From positions 6,560,001-6,624,000 of the forward strand of contig CBDBDQ010000005.1 of assembly GCA_965203905.1 (NCBI GenBank): a stretch of DNA of 64,000 nt, read 5' to 3'. Under the pieces are notes generated by a model. It did no database searches and had not been told where the DNA came from. It was given only the letters and a program-made list of their open reading frames with translations. Both the position numbers and the translations under genes were made by a program. This stretch comes from Spirochaetia bacterium (GTDB lineage: Bacteria > Spirochaetota > Spirochaetia > SZUA-6 > Bin103). Below, piece by piece: positions 39,425 through 49,221 of this stretch (the stretch's first letter is position 1; each line of letters starts with the position of its first letter).

Positions 39425-40630
39425 ATGCAAAATAGGCCGTTTTTCGAGCGGATCCGGATGCCGGAGCCGGGCGGAACCTACTTCGAGGTGACCAATTCCG
39501 GAGCGGTGCTCGCGTTCGGGCAGAGGGCGCACGAGTCGCGCCTTCCGGGCGGTGTCGACCACGGCTTCCCGCGGCTCCACTCGCGCGCCCGCAGCCTGGA
39601 TCGGGGACGCACCTGGACCATCGAAGAGGAGAACTGGTGGGAGCCGGAGACCAGGGGCCGGGGCTGCAGCGTGGTCGATCGCACCAGCGGCGAGATCTTC
39701 CTGTTCAGCCAGGGCACCTGGCCGCTGCAGGACGACCGCGGCGAGCCGGTCAGCGAGAGCTGGATGATCATCAACCACGAGAAGGGCCGCGAGATGGGCG
39801 CGTGGATGTTCATGGAGAAAAGCGCCGACGAGGGCAGGACCTGGCAGCGGGTCGACCTCACAGAGCAGTTCTTCACCTACCCCGGCGCCGGGCTCGCCTG
39901 GTTCATCGGCGGCGGCATCCAGCTTCAGCGCGGGCCGCACGCGGGACGGCTGATCGTCCCGGCCCGCTACTTCGGCAAGGAGATCGCGGAGATCGACCCC
40001 GAGCAGCACAACATCCTGTGGCCGCACGCGTCCCTGGGACCGGTCTACGACGACGGCGACGGCCAGCGGACGCAGTGCCTCACCGAGGAGGCCCACAACG
40101 CGGTGGCCTACAGCGACGATCACGGCCGGACCTGGCAATGGGGCGGGAGTTCCCAGGGGTTTACCGGCGAGGCCTGCATCGTCGAGTTGGCGGACGGGTC
40201 GGTGTACCTGAACAACCGCAACCACGATCCCACGTCCATGGGCTATCGCTCGTGGTGCATCAGCCGCGACGGCGGCGAGACGTTCACCGAGTTTGGCGTC
40301 GACGAGACGCTCATCGAGAGCCGCTGCCACGCTTCCCTGGCGCGCTACGTCGACCCTGACGGGAGCCGACCTGACTGCATCCTGTTCTCCAACCCACCGG
40401 TGTTCGAGGGGGTGAACCAGTCGCCGTCCCGCGGCTGCGGGAAGCTGTGCCGCATCAACCAGACCGTGCGCGTGAGCTACGACGACGGCAAGACCTGGCC
40501 GGTGGCGCGCCGGGTCAGCGAGGACGGCGCTTACTCGTCGCTGGTGGTGCTCGACGACGGCACCATCCTGTGCGGATTGGGGACCACCGTCAGCCGTTTC
40601 AACATGGCATGGCTGGAGCAGGGCGACTAA
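39425..40630 (+). CDS. BNR/Asp-box sialidase-like (GH33-like) protein
   Basis: Five Asp-boxes SLDRGRTW, SADEGRTW, SDDHGRTW, SRDGGETF, SYDDGKTW; EACIVEL; AYSSL. Confidence 0.82.
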   Translation: MQNRPFFERIRMPEPGGTYFEVTNSGAVLAFGQRAHESRLPGGVDHGFPRLHSRARSLDRGRTWTIEEENWWEPETRGRGCSVVDRTSGEIFLFSQGTWPLQDDRGEPVSESWMIINHEKGREMGAWMFMEKSADEGRTWQRVDLTEQFFTYPGAGLAWFIGGGIQLQRGPHAGRLIVPARYFGKEIAEIDPEQHNILWPHASLGPVYDDGDGQRTQCLTEEAHNAVAYSDDHGRTWQWGGSSQGFTGEACIVELADGSVYLNNRNHDPTSMGYRSWCISRDGGETFTEFGVDETLIESRCHASLARYVDPDGSRPDCILFSNPPVFEGVNQSPSRGCGKLCRINQTVRVSYDDGKTWPVARRVSEDGAYSSLVVLDDGTILCGLGTTVSRFNMAWLEQGD

Positions 40631-40662
40631 AGAAAGCGGCCGCCCCGCGAGAGGACGGCCGC
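40629..40662 (-). terminator. Intrinsic terminator after the SBP gene
   Basis: gcggccg/cggccgc stem followed on the minus strand by TTTCTTT. Confidence 0.55.
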
Positions 40663-40685
40663 CGTGATTGTGAGCTACCTAACGG

Positions 40686-42590
40686 TCAGTTCTTGAAGAA
40701 CATCTGGTCGGCGTAGTAGTTGAAGCCGATGTCGCCCTCGAAAAACGGGGGCACCTTGTTCGGCACGTTGGTCAAGTTCGAGCGGTACACCATCACCACC
40801 GGTGCGGCCTGGGAGATGCCGATGTTCCACAGCCACTCGGCCTGCAGCTCCCACGCCATGGAACTGAGCCGCTTCTGTTCCGCGCTGCCGAAGGGGTGCT
40901 TCTTGCTCTGCACGATCTGCACCTCGAAGTATTCCTTCAGCTCCGGAGGCGGCTCCTCGCCCGGCAGGGCGCCGGTCTCGTTGGACACCCCGGTTCGCCG
41001 CTTGTTCATCTCCTGCCACCAGTCCCAGTACTGGCGCGCCATGTGGGACAGCGACTGGGTGTGGCCGCCGCCGCTGCTCAGGTAGTCCTGCATCTCGCCG
41101 ATGGTCTCGTTCCATTGCACGAAGTCGATCGTACCGCCCGACATGCCCTGGTCGATCACCGATCCATCCGCGGGGCGCAGCTCCAGGTCGATACCGATCG
41201 CTTTGAAGTCCTCCTTGACCAGCTCGTAGGCGCGTGTCGGCTTTGTGCCGTGGAACGCGTTGATGACGACGAACGGTTCGCCGTTGGGCAGCAACCGGAT
41301 GCCGTCGTCGTTGCGCTTGTCCAGGCCGAGCGCGTCGAGCATGCGGTTGGCCTCGTCCGGGTCATGCCGCGCGTAAGGGTGGTCCTCGCCCCACTCCGGC
41401 CGGTAGATGCTGGCCAGCTTGGTGATGGTCATCTGCGACGGTGTGCCCTGCCCCAGGAACTGCGCCTCGTTGATCCGATCGCGGTCGAACGCCAGCGAAA
41501 TCGCGCGCCGGAACTCGACGTTCTCGAAGAACGGCCGCTTCGCCTCGTCCTTGATGTTGAGGTTGAACGCGAACGCCATGCCGACGCCCTCGAACCACGA
41601 TTCGATCAGGTTGAGCTTGTAGTTGCCGGCCTTCTGCCCCTGCACCAGCAACGGGTAGTTGACCAGCTGCGTCATCGCGTAGTCCGCCTCGCCACCGATT
41701 ATCTTCAGGTTCATCGCCTCGCGGTCGGACACGATCTGAATCAGGCCCGAGTCGATGTAGGGAAGCTGCTGGCCCGCGCTGTCGACCGCGAAGTAGTAGG
41801 GGTTGCGCTCCTTGAGGCGGAAGGTGGGCTGCACGTCGGCGAGCATGAACGGCGCCATGGTGGGCCGCTCGATGTCGCGCTGCGGGCAACAGAAGACCGA
41901 GTGATCGTTGAACGCCTCCTGCCAGTTGTCGAAGCCCTCTTCCTTGGCCTTGGCGTTGGCATCCGGGTTGTACTCCGCGTGCCACTGCTTCAACCAGGTG
42001 CTCGGCTGGTAGAGCGTCCAGTCGGTGCCCTTGTAGGTCACCAGGTCGTTCATCACCTTGGGGTAGGGCTCGCTGTACTCGATCACCACCGTAACGTCGT
42101 CCACGGCGGTAACGGTGGCGACCTGCGACGGATACCCCCACACGTAGCCCAGCTCCGCCTTCTGCATGTCGTTGAAGTGGAACGAAAAATCCTCGGCCGT
42201 GAAGGGATCGCCATTGGACCACTTTGTCCCTTCGCGCAGGGTCAGGGTGAAGGTCTGGTAGTCGTCGGAGATATTGAAGTCCAGGGCCATGTCCGGCTCC
42301 AGCGATCCGTCGTAGTCCATCCGGATCGGGGTCGGCGTTCCCTCGGGGTTCTCCCCGATCAGGTGCGCCCACGGATTCGGACTATTGCCGAACACGATCA
42401 CCTGCCCGCCGTAGGTGCCTATCTCGTCGAACACCGCGCGCACCTTGGGCTCCAGCGGCAGCCGTTCCTCGACGGGTGGCAGCTCGCCGGCGGCCACCAG
42501 TGCCGCAAGCATGGGCGCTTCCTTGTAGTCGGCCCAGGCAGAGGCGACAATCAGCGGCACGGCCGCTGCCATCAGCAGGACTTTTTTCAT
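40686..42590 (-). CDS. ABC substrate-binding protein, family 5
   Basis: LPPVEERLP, LREGTKWSNG, ERNPYY, FRRAISLAFDR; RBS GGAGGAGG. Confidence 0.92.
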   Translation of the reverse strand: MKKVLLMAAAVPLIVASAWADYKEAPMLAALVAAGELPPVEERLPLEPKVRAVFDEIGTYGGQVIVFGNSPNPWAHLIGENPEGTPTPIRMDYDGSLEPDMALDFNISDDYQTFTLTLREGTKWSNGDPFTAEDFSFHFNDMQKAELGYVWGYPSQVATVTAVDDVTVVIEYSEPYPKVMNDLVTYKGTDWTLYQPSTWLKQWHAEYNPDANAKAKEEGFDNWQEAFNDHSVFCCPQRDIERPTMAPFMLADVQPTFRLKERNPYYFAVDSAGQQLPYIDSGLIQIVSDREAMNLKIIGGEADYAMTQLVNYPLLVQGQKAGNYKLNLIESWFEGVGMAFAFNLNIKDEAKRPFFENVEFRRAISLAFDRDRINEAQFLGQGTPSQMTITKLASIYRPEWGEDHPYARHDPDEANRMLDALGLDKRNDDGIRLLPNGEPFVVINAFHGTKPTRAYELVKEDFKAIGIDLELRPADGSVIDQGMSGGTIDFVQWNETIGEMQDYLSSGGGHTQSLSHMARQYWDWWQEMNKRRTGVSNETGALPGEEPPPELKEYFEVQIVQSKKHPFGSAEQKRLSSMAWELQAEWLWNIGISQAAPVVMVYRSNLTNVPNKVPPFFEGDIGFNYYADQMFFKN

Positions 42591-42613
42591 CTGTCCTCCT
42601 CCTGTGAACGGTC

Positions 42614-42642
42614 ACGGTAGGGGATGGGCTGGCCCCTGTCAA
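42614..42642 (-). promoter_or_regulatory. Putative sigma70 promoter
   Basis: TTGACA-N17-TACCGT upstream of the SBP; near-palindrome GTGACCGTTCAC overlaps it. Confidence 0.55.
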
Positions 42643-42782
42643 ACAACGCGCCCCGCCCACCCCGCCCACCGGCGGCGCAACGCGCCCGCCAGCGGGGTGC
42701 GGCACGGCTGCTGACGGCCGCCACCCTCACACACCAGCCTCCGCGCCGCCAATCCCTGCGGCGTGATGGCGCAACGCCGTCC

Positions 42783-43925
42783 TCACTCCAGGACAACCGT
42801 AGGGGGGTGCCGGGGCCAACCGGCGGCCAGCCGCTGCTCGATCCGCGGCCACGGGGGCACGGCGCTGGTGGCGTCCACCGCCTCGGTCGAGCACGCACCG
42901 GTGGCCAGGGCGGCGGTTACCGCGGCCTCCGGATCGGCGCCGCGGCACACCGCGGCGAGGAACCCCGACACGGTGCTGTCGCCAGCGCCGGTGGTGCCGC
43001 TGACCGCCGCCCGGAAACAGGGACGGTACAGCTCGCGGCCGGTCCAGGCGGCAGGGTCGATCGGCAGCCGGCCGGCCGCCCGTTGCAGCCGTTCGGGGGC
43101 GGCCGCGGTACGCAGGTAGAGGCCGTGGCGGCCCAGCTTGAGCGCCACCACCGCCGCCCCCTGCCCGAGGTGGTGCTCAGCCAGCCGCCGCAACAGGCGC
43201 CCGCGCACCACGGGGTCAAGCGCCTCGAAGTCACGGATCGGGGCGGCATCCCCGGTGGTCCGCTCCAGCACCGCGACCAAGTCGTCGAGACTGGGCAGGA
43301 ACAGGTCCACCAGCGGCAGCACGCGGCCGAACAGCCGGTTCCAGTCCACCTCGCGCCGGCCGTCAGCGTCCACGTTGCTGGAGTCGAGCGAGGTGGTGAC
43401 GCCGCGAGCGCGGGCGCGCTGCAGCAGCAGGCGCAGCTCGGCGCCTTCGTCGCGGTAGATGCGGCGCATGCCCGGCGGGTAGCCGAAGTGCAGCAGGTCG
43501 TGGCCGTCGAGGTCGGTGTCGCTCACGAAGTCGGCGCCGAACAGGTCGTTGGCGCCGGAGTGGCCCAGCAGCGTGCGGTCGCGGTCGGGGGCGCTGACCA
43601 CGATCGTATAGGAGGTGTCGCTCGCCTCCAGCCGGTGCGCCACGAAGCGGGCGTCCGCGCCGGTGTTGTCGCGCAGCAGGCGTTCCACCAGGGCGCCGAA
43701 GTGGTCCGCGCCGACGGCGAACACGAAGCTGGTGGGGATCCCCAGCCGGTGCAGCACCGTGCCGCTGTTGGCGACGCAGCCGCCGATGGCCACGGCGACC
43801 GGCCCGATGCGCGTGATGCTGCCCGGCGCCAGCAGCGCGCCCGAGTCCAGCGCCGCGGCCGGGAAGGAAGGAAACAGGTCGATGCCGATGTTGCCGGCGA
43901 TCAGCACCCGCGACGGTCGCGCCAT
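42783..43925 (-). CDS. PfkB-family carbohydrate kinase
   Basis: GGCVAN, VGADHFG, KLGRHG, TTGAGD. Confidence 0.9.
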   Translation of the reverse strand: MARPSRVLIAGNIGIDLFPSFPAAALDSGALLAPGSITRIGPVAVAIGGCVANSGTVLHRLGIPTSFVFAVGADHFGALVERLLRDNTGADARFVAHRLEASDTSYTIVVSAPDRDRTLLGHSGANDLFGADFVSDTDLDGHDLLHFGYPPGMRRIYRDEGAELRLLLQRARARGVTTSLDSSNVDADGRREVDWNRLFGRVLPLVDLFLPSLDDLVAVLERTTGDAAPIRDFEALDPVVRGRLLRRLAEHHLGQGAAVVALKLGRHGLYLRTAAAPERLQRAAGRLPIDPAAWTGRELYRPCFRAAVSGTTGAGDSTVSGFLAAVCRGADPEAAVTAALATGACSTEAVDATSAVPPWPRIEQRLAAGWPRHPPTVVLE

Positions 43926-43964
43926 GATTGTTGAGCAGCCTCCGAGGGGATGCTACGGTAAAGC

Positions 43965-44771
43965 ATGGACGCGCGCCAGAAGTACCTGTTCGACACCCTC
44001 GGCTACCTGGTTCTCGACGACGTGTTGTCGGCCGAGCAATGCCGCCGCCTCATCGCCGCGATGAAGGCGCTGATCGACGTGCCCGACGACGAGCTGCCGG
44101 AAGGGGTGCGCAGCGCCAACGATCCCGCCATGGCCCGACTCGGCGACCTCACCAGCGCCGGCCCCGAGTTCTGCGAGCTGATCGACATCCCGCGGGTGAT
44201 CGACCTGCTCAAGGTGATCATCCACCACGAGCTGCGGCTGGAGAACACCTACGGCTACATCCGCCGCAAGGGGTTCCCCGGCCTGCAGATGCACGGCGGC
44301 GGATCGTTCGACAGCAACGGCCAGGACATGACGCTGATGTACCGCCACTTCAATGGCCGCATCTTCAGCGGCCACACCGTGGTGGCGTTCAATCTCACCG
44401 ACGTCAGCGAAGAGGAGGGCGGCTTCGCCTGCGTCCCCGGCAGCCACAAGGCCAACTTCCCGATTCCCGTGGAGATGAAGACCTTCGAGAACGGCGTCGA
44501 CCACTCCCTGATCCATACCGTTCCCTGCCGCGCCGGATCGGCGGTGATCTTCACCGAGGCGCTGTGCCACGGCGCCACCCCGTGGACCAGCGACCGGGAG
44601 CGCATCACCCTGTTCTACAAGTACCACCACGCCGGCATGAAGTTTCACAGCTTCTTCCCCAGCCGCGCCGCCCTGGAGCGAATGACCCCCAGCCAGCGCT
44701 CCTTCTACATCGAGGTCTCCTCCGACTCCCGCGACCCGCGGGTGCTCTACCCCGCCCCCAGCCGCGGCTGA
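43965..44771 (+). CDS. PhyH-family dioxygenase
   Basis: YLFDTLGYLV, GFACVPGSHKANF, IFTEALCHG. Confidence 0.85.
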   Translation: MDARQKYLFDTLGYLVLDDVLSAEQCRRLIAAMKALIDVPDDELPEGVRSANDPAMARLGDLTSAGPEFCELIDIPRVIDLLKVIIHHELRLENTYGYIRRKGFPGLQMHGGGSFDSNGQDMTLMYRHFNGRIFSGHTVVAFNLTDVSEEEGGFACVPGSHKANFPIPVEMKTFENGVDHSLIHTVPCRAGSAVIFTEALCHGATPWTSDRERITLFYKYHHAGMKFHSFFPSRAALERMTPSQRSFYIEVSSDSRDPRVLYPAPSRG

Positions 44772-44805
44772 CGCCAGGCTACCCACGCACCGTAAGGAGG
44801 GCGGG

Positions 44806-45999
44806 ATGAACGGCGAACCGTATCGGGCGGCGCTCATCGGGTTGGGCCGGATCGCGGACACGATCGACGACGAGACCGTGGGCAGCGGCTGGCTTGCGCC
44901 CTTCAGCCACATGGGCAGCTACCGGGACGTGCCCGAGGTGCAGGTGGTCGGCGCCGCCGATCGCTACCCCGAACAGCGGGCGGCATTCGGGCGGCGCTGG
45001 GGCGTCCCTGAAGAGAAGCTCTACGAGAACTACCGGGAGATGCTGGAGCATGAGCGCCCCGACATCGTCAGCATCTGCACCCACGTCGCGCCGCGCGCGG
45101 AAATCACGCTGGACATCGTGCGCATGGTGGGCGAAGGACGCACGGGCGTGAAGTGCATCTGGGTGGAGAAGCCGATGGCGGTCTCCCTGCAGGAAGCCGA
45201 CTCGATGGTCGAGGCCTGCCGCGAGGCGGGCGTGATCCTGATGCTGAACGCCATGCGCGCATCCGACGTGTACTACCGCCGGGCGCGCGCACTCATCGAC
45301 GCAGGGGCGCTGGGCAGGATGCTGCAGATTACCGCGCACGGGTCCGGGCCGCTGGCACACATGGGCGTCCACTGGCTCGGCGCGATGTGCGTGCTGGCGG
45401 GCGGCAGCGAGCGGGTGTCATGGCTGGTGGGCGAGGCGGAGAGCGACGAGAAGGCGAACAGCGGCGGCGATCTTGCCGGCAACGCCTACCTTGCGTTCGA
45501 AAACGGTGCGCGGGGTTTCTGTCGGATGATGCCGAGCGGCGCGTCCACGTGGACGCTCGACGCCATCGGCGAGACGGGGACCATATCCATTCGCAACGGC
45601 AACAACGGCTACGAGTTCGAGCTGTGGCGGATGGGGCAGGTCGTCGAGGGCGCCCGGCCGACCCCGGTGCGGCACGTCTTCCCGCGACCGCAGCGCATCT
45701 GGAGCGCGGGTGTCGGGCAGGTCAAGGACGCCCTCGACTGCATCGAGTCGGGCAAGACGCCCAATTGCTCGGGCGACATGGGGCGGCACCTGCTGGAGAT
45801 CGCCATCGCGATTCGGGAGTCGCACCGGCTCGGCAACGTCCGGATCGACCTGCCGCTCGCCGACCGCAGCCTGGCGCTGCGCAGAGTGTGGGACGATACG
45901 CCGGCCGCGCTCAGGAGTCCCGACCGGCCGCAGCCCGCGCACCTCCTCGCCACCATCTCCAGGCGCGAGGGCATCGGGAAACGGCGCTCCGTCTCCTGA
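44806..45999 (+). CDS. Gfo/Idh/MocA oxidoreductase
   Basis: IGLGRI, PDIVSICT, EKPMA. Confidence 0.9.
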   Translation: MNGEPYRAALIGLGRIADTIDDETVGSGWLAPFSHMGSYRDVPEVQVVGAADRYPEQRAAFGRRWGVPEEKLYENYREMLEHERPDIVSICTHVAPRAEITLDIVRMVGEGRTGVKCIWVEKPMAVSLQEADSMVEACREAGVILMLNAMRASDVYYRRARALIDAGALGRMLQITAHGSGPLAHMGVHWLGAMCVLAGGSERVSWLVGEAESDEKANSGGDLAGNAYLAFENGARGFCRMMPSGASTWTLDAIGETGTISIRNGNNGYEFELWRMGQVVEGARPTPVRHVFPRPQRIWSAGVGQVKDALDCIESGKTPNCSGDMGRHLLEIAIAIRESHRLGNVRIDLPLADRSLALRRVWDDTPAALRSPDRPQPAHLLATISRREGIGKRRSVS

Positions 46000-46099
46000 C
46001 ACGACGGCCCGTACTGGCCCAGCCTTTGTGCATGTCCATCACTTGACAACAGATCACAGAAAATTTTAGCTATGATCAAAACTTTAGCAGCCACCGGAC

Positions 46100-47319
46100 A
46101 TGCCAAACATCGACATCCCGAGCTACATAAGCAGACCGATCTACCTCAGGCGCCTCGATCCACTGGTCGGGAAGGATGTCATCAAGGTGCTCGTCGGCCA
46201 GCGACGGGTCGGCAAGAGCTACCTGCTGTATCACGTCGTAGACCTGATCAGGTAGCGCGATCCGGCGTGCCCGATCCTGTACGTAAACAAGGAATCGGCC
46301 GCGTTCGACGACATCCAGACCCATACCGACCTGCTCGACCACACGACGCAGCGACTCGGATCGGCACGGCGCGGCTGCATCCTGATCGACGAGGTACAGG
46401 AGATCCAGGACTGGCCGCGCGCGTTGCGCAGCCTCGCGGCAGAGAAGCGGTTCGATGTCTATTGCACCGGCAGCAACGCCGAGATGCTGTCCGCCGACAT
46501 CGCCACCCTGCTGGCCGGCCGCGCCGTCGAAGTGCCGGTACGCGGTCTGTCCTACAAGGAGTTCCTCGCATTCCATCGGCTCGAGGAGAGCGATGAGGCG
46601 TTACGCCGTTATATACGCTACGGCGGCCTCCCCCACCTGGTGGACCTGGAGCTGACGGACCGGGTCGTCTACGAGTATCTCGGCAACCTCTACCACGTGA
46701 TCCTGTTCAAGGACGTGGTGGCCCGGTACCGCATCCGCAACCTCGACTTCCTGCAGCGGCTGGTGAGGTTCGTGGCCGACAGCGTCGGCAGCGTGGTAAC
46801 CGCCAAGCGAATCAGCGACTACCTGAAGTCGCAGCGGGTGCGAACATCGCCCAACGCCGTGCTGGAATACCTCGCCCACCTGTGCCATGCTTGCTTCCTC
46901 GCCAAGGTGCAGCGGGCGGACGTGGTGGGACGGCGCATCTTCGAAATCGGCGAGAAGTACTACTTCGAGGATCTGGGCCTGCGCCACGCGGTGAAGCCGT
47001 TCGTGCAGCAGGACATCGGCAAGGTGCTGGAGAACCTCGTCTACCATCATCTCCGCGTGTGCGGCTGGCAAGTCGCCACCGGCCGCCTGGACCGCCGCGA
47101 GATCGACTTCGTCGCGACCCGTCACGACGAGACCCTGTACGTGCAGGTCGCCTACCTGCTGGCGGACGCGGCGACCCGCACGCCCGCGAGTTCGGCAACC
47201 TGCTCGACATCCCGGACAACTACCCGAAGCTCGTGGTGTCGATGGATCCCATCACCGGCGCCGACCACAAGGGCATCCGCCACCTCCACATCCGCGAGTT
47301 CCTGCTCACCGAGTGGTAA
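46100..47319 (+). pseudogene. AAA_14 + DUF4143 ATP-binding protein with an in-frame TAG (46253) and a frameshift (about 47180)
   Basis: GQRRVGKS, LIDEVQ, TGSNA, YGGLP, KYYFEDLG, LENLV, EIDFVA. Confidence 0.82.
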
Positions 47320-47326
47320 CAATGAG

Positions 47327-47455
47327 ATGTTACTGGTCGACTCGGACGTGTTTCTGGTCGACCTGCGCGAACGCCGCGACAAGCGCTTCGCGGCCAACCG
47401 GGCCTTCCCGGATTGGCTGACGACCTCCGGTCAGGACGCCACCACCATCTACCGG
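47327..47455 (+). pseudogene. PIN-domain N-terminal stub
   Basis: MLLVDSDVFLVDLR..RD; runs into the 3' end of the convergent Uma2 gene. Confidence 0.45.
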
Positions 47456-48192
47456 CTTTGCTGGCGCAGCAGCGCCGCCTCGAGTTCCGCTATGCGCGCC
47501 TGCGCCGTTTGGGATGCGCGTTCCGCCTCGACGCGCTTCTGTTCGGCCTGCTGCCACTTCTGTTCGGCTTCCTGCCGCTCCCGTTGCAACGCCTCGTTCG
47601 CTTCCGTAAGCGACAGCACGTCTTGTCCCGTCGCCACGTCGCGCACCCGCAACTCGCCGCGCTCCAGCCGCAACTCCACGCCAGCCAGCGTCCGACTTCG
47701 TAGCGCCAGTGCCCCGCCGCCAAGCTCCCGTGGCGCCATCGTCACATACTTCCCGCCGATCAGCTCCTCGCCGCGCAGCCGCGGCTCCAGGTAGTCTCCC
47801 GTCGGGTCATAGCGCCAGTACTCCGCCACTCCTAACTCCCGGTACAACGCCCGTTTCTCTCCCCGGTCCTTGTGCTCTGTACCGTGCGACGTCACCTCCA
47901 GCACCCAGTCCGGCGCCTTCGGCTCGTCCCACAGCAGGTACGACGAACGATCATGGCTCGGTGCCCCGATCACCACGAATACGTCTGGCGCTACCTTTGC
48001 CCCAGGGTTGCCCTCCTCATAGTACAGTAGCAGGTTGCCGGACACGTATACGTCGCGCCGATTGCGATAGTAGTGCCGTAACGCATTGCGCACGTAGGTC
48101 AATGGAGTGAACTGAAAGTCGCTTTCCGCCAACGGCTCGCCGTCCGAACTGGGGTATTCGACCACGACGGGATCAAGCACCGGGTCTGCCAT
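47449..48192 (-). CDS. Uma2-family endonuclease-like protein with a coiled-coil tail
   Basis: YPSSDGEPLAE, APDVFV, VLEVTS, K..LY..LGVAEYW.YDP. Confidence 0.9.
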   Translation of the reverse strand: MADPVLDPVVVEYPSSDGEPLAESDFQFTPLTYVRNALRHYYRNRRDVYVSGNLLLYYEEGNPGAKVAPDVFVVIGAPSHDRSSYLLWDEPKAPDWVLEVTSHGTEHKDRGEKRALYRELGVAEYWRYDPTGDYLEPRLRGEELIGGKYVTMAPRELGGGALALRSRTLAGVELRLERGELRVRDVATGQDVLSLTEANEALQRERQEAEQKWQQAEQKRVEAERASQTAQARIAELEAALLRQQSR

Positions 48193-48338
48193 GGACCATC
48201 CTCCGTGCCGTCACACCATACCATGCACGCCCCGGTTCTGCTACTTCACGAGGCCGCCGTTGGGAGCCGTCTCGACGCCGCCTCAGAGATCGACGTTTCA
48301 GTTCAGCCTCTACCGACTCCGCGTTCGGGCCAGGTCGA

Positions 48339-49187
48339 CTACCCGCGCACCGCGCCGCCGGTGAGGCCGCTGACGACGTAGCGCTGCAGCAGCATGTACA
48401 GCAGGATCACCGGCAGCGTGACCACCACCGCGGCGGCCATGATGTTCTCCCAGCGCATCGACATGATGCCGAAGTAGTAGACGTGGATGCCGGGCCCGAG
48501 CGGCCGCGCCCGCGGCGTCGTCGTCAGGGCGAGTGCGAACAGGAACTCCCGCCACGACATCAGGAAGGTCACCACGCCGGCGGTCACCAGGCCGGGCGCG
48601 ATCATCGGACTGACGATGCGCACCAGGATCCCGAGCCGGCTGCTGCCGTCGATCGCCGCCGCCTCCTCGATCTCGCGCGGCACGGTGTCGATGTAGCCCT
48701 TCAGCAGCCAGGCGCTGAACGGCAGCGCGATGGCCGCGTGCGCCAGAATCACCGCCGCGTGCGTATCGAGCAGGCGCATGCGCACGAAGTAGATGTAAAT
48801 CGGAATCAGCAGCAGCGCCATCGGGAACATCTGGCTCATCAGGATGAACACCATCACCGAACGCCGCGCCGGCACCGGAAAGCGCGCCAGGGAATACCCG
48901 GCCAGCGCCCCGGCGGCGATGCACAGCGCCACCGTGCCGGTTCCCACGATCATGCTGTTGAGGAAAAAGCGCATCACCGCGAGGTCCTCGTTCAACAGGC
49001 GCCCGTAGTTGACCAGCGTGGGCCGGTGCGGCACGAACTGCGGCGGCGTCTGGTAGGCGTCCTGCTTCGCCTTGAGCGAGGTATTGAGCATCCAGTAGAA
49101 GGGAAACAGGCTGAACAGCAGGTAGGCCAGCAGGAACAGGGCCACCAGCACCACCGCCACCCGGCTGCGCCGCTGCACTACGCTCAT
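48339..49187 (-). CDS. Sugar ABC permease
   Basis: IEEAAAIDG, LQRYVVSGL. Confidence 0.92.
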   Translation of the reverse strand: MSVVQRRSRVAVVLVALFLLAYLLFSLFPFYWMLNTSLKAKQDAYQTPPQFVPHRPTLVNYGRLLNEDLAVMRFFLNSMIVGTGTVALCIAAGALAGYSLARFPVPARRSVMVFILMSQMFPMALLLIPIYIYFVRMRLLDTHAAVILAHAAIALPFSAWLLKGYIDTVPREIEEAAAIDGSSRLGILVRIVSPMIAPGLVTAGVVTFLMSWREFLFALALTTTPRARPLGPGIHVYYFGIMSMRWENIMAAAVVVTLPVILLYMLLQRYVVSGLTGGAVRG

Positions 49188-49221
49188 GTGCCGCGCTCCG
49201 GCGCGTTGCCGCCGGCCTGGC

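Noticed and set aside
38303-40630. 775-aa sialidase
   Set aside because: The first about 370 codons are the antisense of the DppB permease; the likely start is near 39425.
11336-46255. Genome-wide stop-codon reassignment
   Set aside because: TAG and TGA end many intact genes here (e.g. 16003, 19406, 23613, 8027, 20521), so isolated in-frame stops are better explained as mutations or errors.
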